A DNA stretch of 61,565 bases, taken from an uncultured Ignavibacteriales bacterium (GTDB taxonomy: Bacteria; Zixibacteria; MSB-5A5; GN15; FEB-12). Positions 54,895-61,565 of the stretch are shown here, piece by piece. Below the pieces are notes generated by a model, which worked only from the letters and a program-made list of their open reading frames with translations, did no database searches and had not been told where the DNA came from. The DNA lies in contig CAZJCK010000008.1 of assembly GCA_964544635.1 (NCBI GenBank), positions 1 through 61,565 of the forward strand, in the 5' to 3' direction. The stretch's first letter is position 1. Each line of letters starts with the position of its first letter. The translations under genes were made by a program, and so were the position numbers.

Positions 54895-56609
54895 GGCAGA
54901 ATCTCCGATATGTCGTTTACTGATGGCAACACTCGCCCGGTGCCGGCGGCAATCAAGCCAGCTGCTGTCTCTGAGTCAGCCGGTGCAACACCGACAGGTA
55001 TGACACCGGCGCCACGGGCGGCCACCATATCGTCGGGCGTATCCCCCAGCAGCCAGGCTGTCACGACACCGAGCTGGTGAAGCGCGAGCTCTACCGGCGC
55101 CGGATCAGGTTTGATGGCGGCATCCTCCATGCACACGATTGCCGCAAACAGACTGGCCATACCATGCTGTTCAAGGAATCGCTCGGCATCACGTCGCGGC
55201 CTCCCCGTTACAACGCCAAGCTTGAATCTTTTGCCAAGTTGTTCGATGAGAGTGCGTTCCATGATAAGTGTTTCGTTCTGCCACAGGCCGGGCTGATCAC
55301 TGCTGCCGTGGCAGATGCGCTCGAACGTGTCCTTCACGTCGTCGAACGATACTTCGAACCCGGCGTCACGAAGCAGCCGATGGGTAACCTCCCAATCGTT
55401 GTTGGCGTTCCCGCCCCGCTTGATTTGTTCGATCTGGCCGGGCGTCACATTGACACCAAACTCTCGTGCCGTTTCGATGATGGCGTGACGGTACGACTGC
55501 GAAACATCGGCCATGACACCATCCATGTCGAAGAGGATCGCCTCAGGACGCATCGCCGAGCGAAGCGCGTGAATCAGACGTTCAAACTCGACCTGCTTGC
55601 CCGGCAGCGTGATGCGCAGGTAACTGTCGAGGATAGGATGGCCGGGGAAACGTCGCACCGAAATTCCCAGGCCGATCAATCCCTGCCACACCCATTCGCT
55701 GTTCTTGAATCGGGCCATGACGAAGTTGGCCTGCGACGGTAACGGCTCGGCGCCAAGTCGCTCAAGCAAGGCCGTAAGTTCATCACGTTCCCTGCGCACT
55801 TGCTCGAGGTAGCCGGCGGCACCAGACGGCTGATCATCGAGCAGCGTCCGCGCTGCCGCCAGTGACAGATTCGATACCGGGTACGGATTGCCGGCCGTGC
55901 GCAAGAGCGCGATCATCTCCGAATGTCCCAGGGCATAGCCGACACGCAGTCCGGCCAGACCCCACGCCTTGGAGAGCGTCCGAAAGACCATTACATTGTC
56001 ATACTCCAGGCCAACCTCGGTTAGCGGGTCATCGGCAAACTCCTCGTAGGCGCAATCCAGCAGGATCATGGCATGTGGCGCCGCCTCAGCGACAGCCCGT
56101 ACATCGTCGGCCGACGCCGTCGCGCCGGTCGGATTGTTGGGCGATACTATACAGATCGCACTGACATGGTCGTCAATGCGACGGAGCACCTCTTGCGTCG
56201 GATAAGTTGGCGTCATCCACTCTATCTTATCGATCTCGGCGCCTATTAACATAGCGTAGTGTGAGAGCATCGGAAAGGTAGGGACGGGCAGCAGCAGCTT
56301 GCGCCCCGGCGCCAGTGCCACGGTGCAGGCGCGGTAGATGGCGTCATCGGCGCCTGCAGTCACGATCACCTGCTCGGTAGAGAGGCCCAGGCGCTTCGCG
56401 ATCGTCGCTTCGAGTATCTTCGTCGACGGATACCGTCGCAGCAGTTCGCCATCGTTCAATGCCTCGACCAGCCCGGCCAATGCCGGTGGCTGCCCTTCGT
56501 TGCCGTCCAGATAGAGATCAATTGGCGTCGCCAGTCGCGGCACGGCATACGGTTTGAGCGATGCTACCCCGGGCGACGGCTGAAATGGGCGGTGTGGTTT
56601 CATCTTCAT
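54891..56609 (-). CDS. hisC: Histidinol-phosphate aminotransferase fused to a C-terminal HAD phosphatase
   Basis: LDGNE, SPNNPTG, D.AY.EF, RTLSKAWGLAGLRVGY (PLP Lys), SQANF; C-terminal FDMDGV, VTGR, KP.P, GDTPDD. Confidence 0.93.
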   Translation of the reverse strand: MKMKPHRPFQPSPGVASLKPYAVPRLATPIDLYLDGNEGQPPALAGLVEALNDGELLRRYPSTKILEATIAKRLGLSTEQVIVTAGADDAIYRACTVALAPGRKLLLPVPTFPMLSHYAMLIGAEIDKIEWMTPTYPTQEVLRRIDDHVSAICIVSPNNPTGATASADDVRAVAEAAPHAMILLDCAYEEFADDPLTEVGLEYDNVMVFRTLSKAWGLAGLRVGYALGHSEMIALLRTAGNPYPVSNLSLAAARTLLDDQPSGAAGYLEQVRRERDELTALLERLGAEPLPSQANFVMARFKNSEWVWQGLIGLGISVRRFPGHPILDSYLRITLPGKQVEFERLIHALRSAMRPEAILFDMDGVMADVSQSYRHAIIETAREFGVNVTPGQIEQIKRGGNANNDWEVTHRLLRDAGFEVSFDDVKDTFERICHGSSDQPGLWQNETLIMERTLIEQLGKRFKLGVVTGRPRRDAERFLEQHGMASLFAAIVCMEDAAIKPDPAPVELALHQLGVVTAWLLGDTPDDMVAARGAGVIPVGVAPADSETAAGLIAAGTGRVLPSVNDISEILP

Positions 56610-56622
56610 CTCTTACTTTCGT

Positions 56623-57498
56623 TTATGGAACGATCTGTCGAATCGGCGTGACCACAACGTCGGTGCCGCCGCGGGCTTTTATCTCGGGAATGACTGTCGG
56701 CAGCAGGTCACGCGGTACCGCCGCCTTGACGGCAAAGCCTTCGTTGCCATTCAGCGGTGAGACCGTCGGTTGCCGCATGCACGGCAGGACGTCGATGACA
56801 TCACGAAGCTGAGCGGCCGCAACGTTGACCTCCACCATCACTCGCTGCCGCGCCTCCAGTACCGACTGTAACAGGAGCACCAGTCGATCACACATTTCCT
56901 TCTTTGCCGCGTTCTCGAGCGCTTTCGGGTTGGCATAGAGACGCGTCGACGATGCTGTCAGTCTGGCGACAATCTGCAAGCCGTTCGACCTCAGAGTGGC
57001 GCCGGTGGCAGTGACGTCGACTATGCAGTCGGCATCCTCCGGCGGGAAGACCTCGGTGGCGCCGTAAGATCGGACGAACGTAGCATCGAGCTTCTCCCGT
57101 TCGATCCAGTCGGCGGTCAGTCGCCGGTACTCGCTCGCCACCACGATGTGGCTGTTCGGCAGGGTCCCGCCTACCAGCAGATTGACCGGCGCCGCCGCCA
57201 CCAGGTCGACCGGGTCGAGGCCGGTATCCAGAAGTTCCACCAGGTCGGCGCCCAGTTCCGCCACCCAGTCGGCCCCGGCGAAGCCGATGTCGCGCGAACC
57301 GACATGCAGCATCTCAACGATGTTCTGCGGCTTCAGAATTTTGGCTTCGATACCGGGATAGGATACCGACGGGCGGTAGCCGCGGACAGTTGTCCGTACA
57401 TGGATACCGGCATCCGCCAGCAGGGAAAAGACCCCCTCCTGCATCCGTCCCTTGGGCAGGGCCAGTTGTACTACCGGTTGCGGGCGCTCTGTTGTCAT
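56623..57498 (-). CDS. hisG: ATP phosphoribosyltransferase (long form)
   Basis: LALPKGRM, DIGFAGAD, SYGATE, ADCIVD...TG.TL..NGL, C-terminal regulatory domain (P.M..PTVS.L). Confidence 0.96.
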   Translation of the reverse strand: MTTERPQPVVQLALPKGRMQEGVFSLLADAGIHVRTTVRGYRPSVSYPGIEAKILKPQNIVEMLHVGSRDIGFAGADWVAELGADLVELLDTGLDPVDLVAAAPVNLLVGGTLPNSHIVVASEYRRLTADWIEREKLDATFVRSYGATEVFPPEDADCIVDVTATGATLRSNGLQIVARLTASSTRLYANPKALENAAKKEMCDRLVLLLQSVLEARQRVMVEVNVAAAQLRDVIDVLPCMRQPTVSPLNGNEGFAVKAAVPRDLLPTVIPEIKARGGTDVVVTPIRQIVP

Positions 57499-57546
57499 TG
57501 CCGAACTCCTGTCTGTTCGGCCCCGGTCGGCATGCTTTCTGGGTAA

Positions 57547-57575
57547 GAAAAAACGCCGACCCGAAGGGCCGGCGT
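57547..57575 (-). terminator. his attenuator terminator hairpin
   Basis: Minus strand ACGCCGGCC-CTTCG-GGTCGGCGT followed by a T-run, between the leader peptide and hisG. Confidence 0.88.
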
Positions 57576-57609
57576 GGGTTGTTATCTTAGTCGCGGTTCA
57601 AGACAGACA

Positions 57610-57672
57610 TCACCCATCGGCCCTGGAGGCCACGTGATGGTGATGATGATGGACGCGAATCGTTGTACTCAT
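57610..57672 (-). CDS. hisL: his operon leader peptide (MSTTIRVHHHHHHVASRADG)
   Basis: 20-codon ORF with six consecutive His codons directly upstream of the terminator and hisG. Confidence 0.92.
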   Translation of the reverse strand: MSTTIRVHHHHHHVASRADG

Positions 57673-57695
57673 GGTTCTGTCTCTTATCCGGCGGC

Positions 57696-57725
57696 AATTT
57701 ACACCGTTTTGGTGGAAATTGTCAA
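57696..57725 (-). promoter_or_regulatory. Candidate sigma70 promoter of the his operon
   Basis: TTGACA-N18-TAAATT, ending 23 nt upstream of the leader ATG. Confidence 0.55.
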
Positions 57726-57824
57726 CGGCCTTGTAACCGAAAACCCGCCCGTGAAGTTCACACCAAAATCGCCGGAGGTCAACATTCCTGCCGATTTTGA
57801 AGACTGCCGCCGCCAAGGTGCAGT

Positions 57825-57870
57825 CAAACAGTTGATTGTCAATACGTTAGTCTGACGGCACGAAATTTGA
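57825..57870 (+). promoter_or_regulatory. IHF consensus site plus sigma54-like -24/-12 element upstream of degP
   Basis: AATCAACTGTTTG (minus strand, 57825-57837) matches WATCAANNNNTTR. CGGCACGAAATTTGA (57856-57870) resembles TGGCACG-N4-TTGC. Confidence 0.4.
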
Positions 57871-58054
57871 GGCATTGATAGGAGAGTTGTCGTGCCGGCG
57901 CCCTTGAGTCCTGCCTGCGACGTCTGCAGTGCGACCTCTCGGCCCGACGCGCATGAGCCAGCGTGAAGATAGTGCGCACGGCACGCGACCCTGGAAACCG
58001 GAACCGGCCGCACCGCATGTGTGTACATAAATAATGAATTTCAGGAGGTGTTTA

Positions 58055-59536
58055 ATGACACAACGATCCCATAGAAAACGTAACTTTCGAACCAGTATTG
58101 TGACTATCCTCAGCCTGGCTGTATTCCTGGCTGTCGGCCTGAACCTGCCGGCCGATTCGCAGACCGAGGCCCCGGTATCCGTCCAGGACCGCGAGATCCG
58201 CACCCTGCGCGACCTCAACGACGCCTTTACCGATCTGGCGGCCGCAGCCAAGCCGACCGTGGTCACGGTCGCCACCACCCGCACCATTCATATGCGGGGC
58301 GGCGGTTCACCGTTTGCCAGTCCCTTCTTCGACTTCTTCTTTGGCCCAAATGGACCGAACAACCGGCAGCCGCGACAACGCGAATTTCAACAGCGCGGCC
58401 TCGGATCGGGCGTGATTGTCTCGGCCGACGGGTACATCCTGAGCAACAACCATGTAATTGCCGATGCCGACAGCATCTTTGTGCAGACTTTCTCCGGTGA
58501 CCGCTACGAAGCAAAGATAATCGGCTCCGATCCCAAAACCGATATCGCCGTGCTCAAGATCGATGCCGACAACCTGCCGTACATCGAGCCGGGCAACAGC
58601 GAAGAGCTTGAAGTCGGTGAAATCGTCATCGCCGTCGGCAGCCCGATGAGCGAGAACCTGGCCTACACCGTAACACAGGGAATCGTCAGCGCCACCGGTC
58701 GCTCCAATGTCGGCCTCGCCGAATACGAAGACTTTATCCAGACCGATGCCGCCATCAACCCCGGCAACTCCGGCGGTCCGCTGATTAATCTCGACGGTGA
58801 TCTCATTGGCATCAACACCGCTATCGCCTCCCGTACCGGCGGTTTCCAGGGAATCGGCTTTGCCGTACCAATCAACATGGCCAAGTATGTCATGAACTCG
58901 CTGATCGAAGAGGGCAAGGTGGTCCGCGGCTGGCTCGGCGTGTATATCCAGGAAGTCAATGAACAGCTCGCCAACGCCATGGGCCTGGATGAGGAATCGG
59001 GCGCCCTGATTGGTGAAGTTACCGACGACGGTCCGGCCGCCCGGGCCGGTGTCGAGCCAGGCGACCTTGTTATCGCCATGGACAATGAGACGATCGAAGA
59101 CCCGACCGAATTGAAAAACCGCGTTGCCGCAACCGCGCCGGGGACGACCGTTGAGCTGACGGTCATTCGCGACGGCAACCGCCGCGCCATCGACGTTATC
59201 CTCGGCGAGTTACCGGGCGAAACCGGTGTGCTGGCGTCGGGTGGTCAGACCGAACAGCGGCTCAACTTCAATGTCGCGGAATTGACCGATGTCCTGGCGC
59301 GGCAATACGACATCGACCGTCGCCTGAGTGGCGTAGTCGTCACATCGGTGGCGGCCAACAGCAATGCCGCCCAGGCCGGCCTTCAGGAGGGGGACCTGAT
59401 TCGTGCCGTCGATCGCCAGCGCGTTCAGTCGGTAAAGCAGTTTGAAATTGCCGTGGCCGACAAAGAGAAAGGCGACACCATCCTGCTGCGAATCCACCGG
59501 CAGGGCGGCGGTTTCTACATCGCTTTCACGCTCTAA
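58055..59536 (+). CDS. degP: DegP/DegQ (Do/HtrA) family serine protease with two PDZ domains
   Basis: GLGSGVI, NNHVI, TDIAV, QTDAAINPGNSGGPL, two PDZ domains; AGGAGG SD before ATG 58055. Confidence 0.94.
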   Translation: MTQRSHRKRNFRTSIVTILSLAVFLAVGLNLPADSQTEAPVSVQDREIRTLRDLNDAFTDLAAAAKPTVVTVATTRTIHMRGGGSPFASPFFDFFFGPNGPNNRQPRQREFQQRGLGSGVIVSADGYILSNNHVIADADSIFVQTFSGDRYEAKIIGSDPKTDIAVLKIDADNLPYIEPGNSEELEVGEIVIAVGSPMSENLAYTVTQGIVSATGRSNVGLAEYEDFIQTDAAINPGNSGGPLINLDGDLIGINTAIASRTGGFQGIGFAVPINMAKYVMNSLIEEGKVVRGWLGVYIQEVNEQLANAMGLDEESGALIGEVTDDGPAARAGVEPGDLVIAMDNETIEDPTELKNRVAATAPGTTVELTVIRDGNRRAIDVILGELPGETGVLASGGQTEQRLNFNVAELTDVLARQYDIDRRLSGVVVTSVAANSNAAQAGLQEGDLIRAVDRQRVQSVKQFEIAVADKEKGDTILLRIHRQGGGFYIAFTL

Positions 59537-59668
59537 CGACCACGGCCGTTGACCGCGACCACAAAATTGCATACACTAAACACGATCCGGCGTCGCTCTA
59601 AACCGCGGCGCCGGTTCCATGTAACAGTAAGTTTGAATGCATAAGGAGAGCCTGGGAGACGGGGCACT

Positions 59669-61565
<1,897 letters not shown>

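Noticed and set aside
59587-59614. Hairpin between degP and htpG
   Set aside because: No U-tract, so not called as a terminator; may be a stability element.

Overview
GC-rich bacterial chromosomal window made mostly of housekeeping and metabolic genes. I saw no mobile element, prophage or CRISPR array. A C-terminal dockerin-like protein and a group II GGGP synthase suggest an FCB-related lineage such as Zixibacteria (inference only). Left to right: (1) truncated TetR regulator divergent from ino1, which carries a Lys/Arg-rich tail; (2) tmk - S41 protease - TauE/SafE exporter - small membrane protein - HAD phosphatase - mannose-1-P guanylyltransferase/PMM-like fusion; (3) an outer-membrane beta-barrel; (4) a minus-strand run recX - alaS - GGGP synthase - gmhA - O-antigen ligase - DUF3098-like - GT4; (5) a four-gene DUF4388/MshEN-like operon ending in a small basic Cys4 protein; (6) a membrane/TPR protein, tsaD, a YbbR-like protein, a beta-propeller protein, an M20 amidohydrolase, a degenerate endonuclease V, a DUF4846-like protein, a CMD/AhpD-like protein, a lipoprotein and a dockerin protein; (7) tRNA-Leu - tig - clpP - clpX and a CPA2 antiporter; (8) a glgE - treS/mak - wHTH - treZ - GH57 - treY - malQ alpha-glucan/trehalose cluster; (9) a complete his operon under a six-His attenuator; (10) degP and a truncated htpG. 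The most interesting points are: a HisA-HisI-HisE fusion overlapping hisD that mirrors fungal His4; a HisC-HAD fusion; a full his attenuator; an archaeal-type lipid enzyme embedded in an envelope-glycan operon; an apparent ATC start for alaS; an EndoV with two substituted metal ligands; and a possible zinc-binding bL38/DUF4295-like protein. All family assignments come from motif recognition by eye, not database searches.
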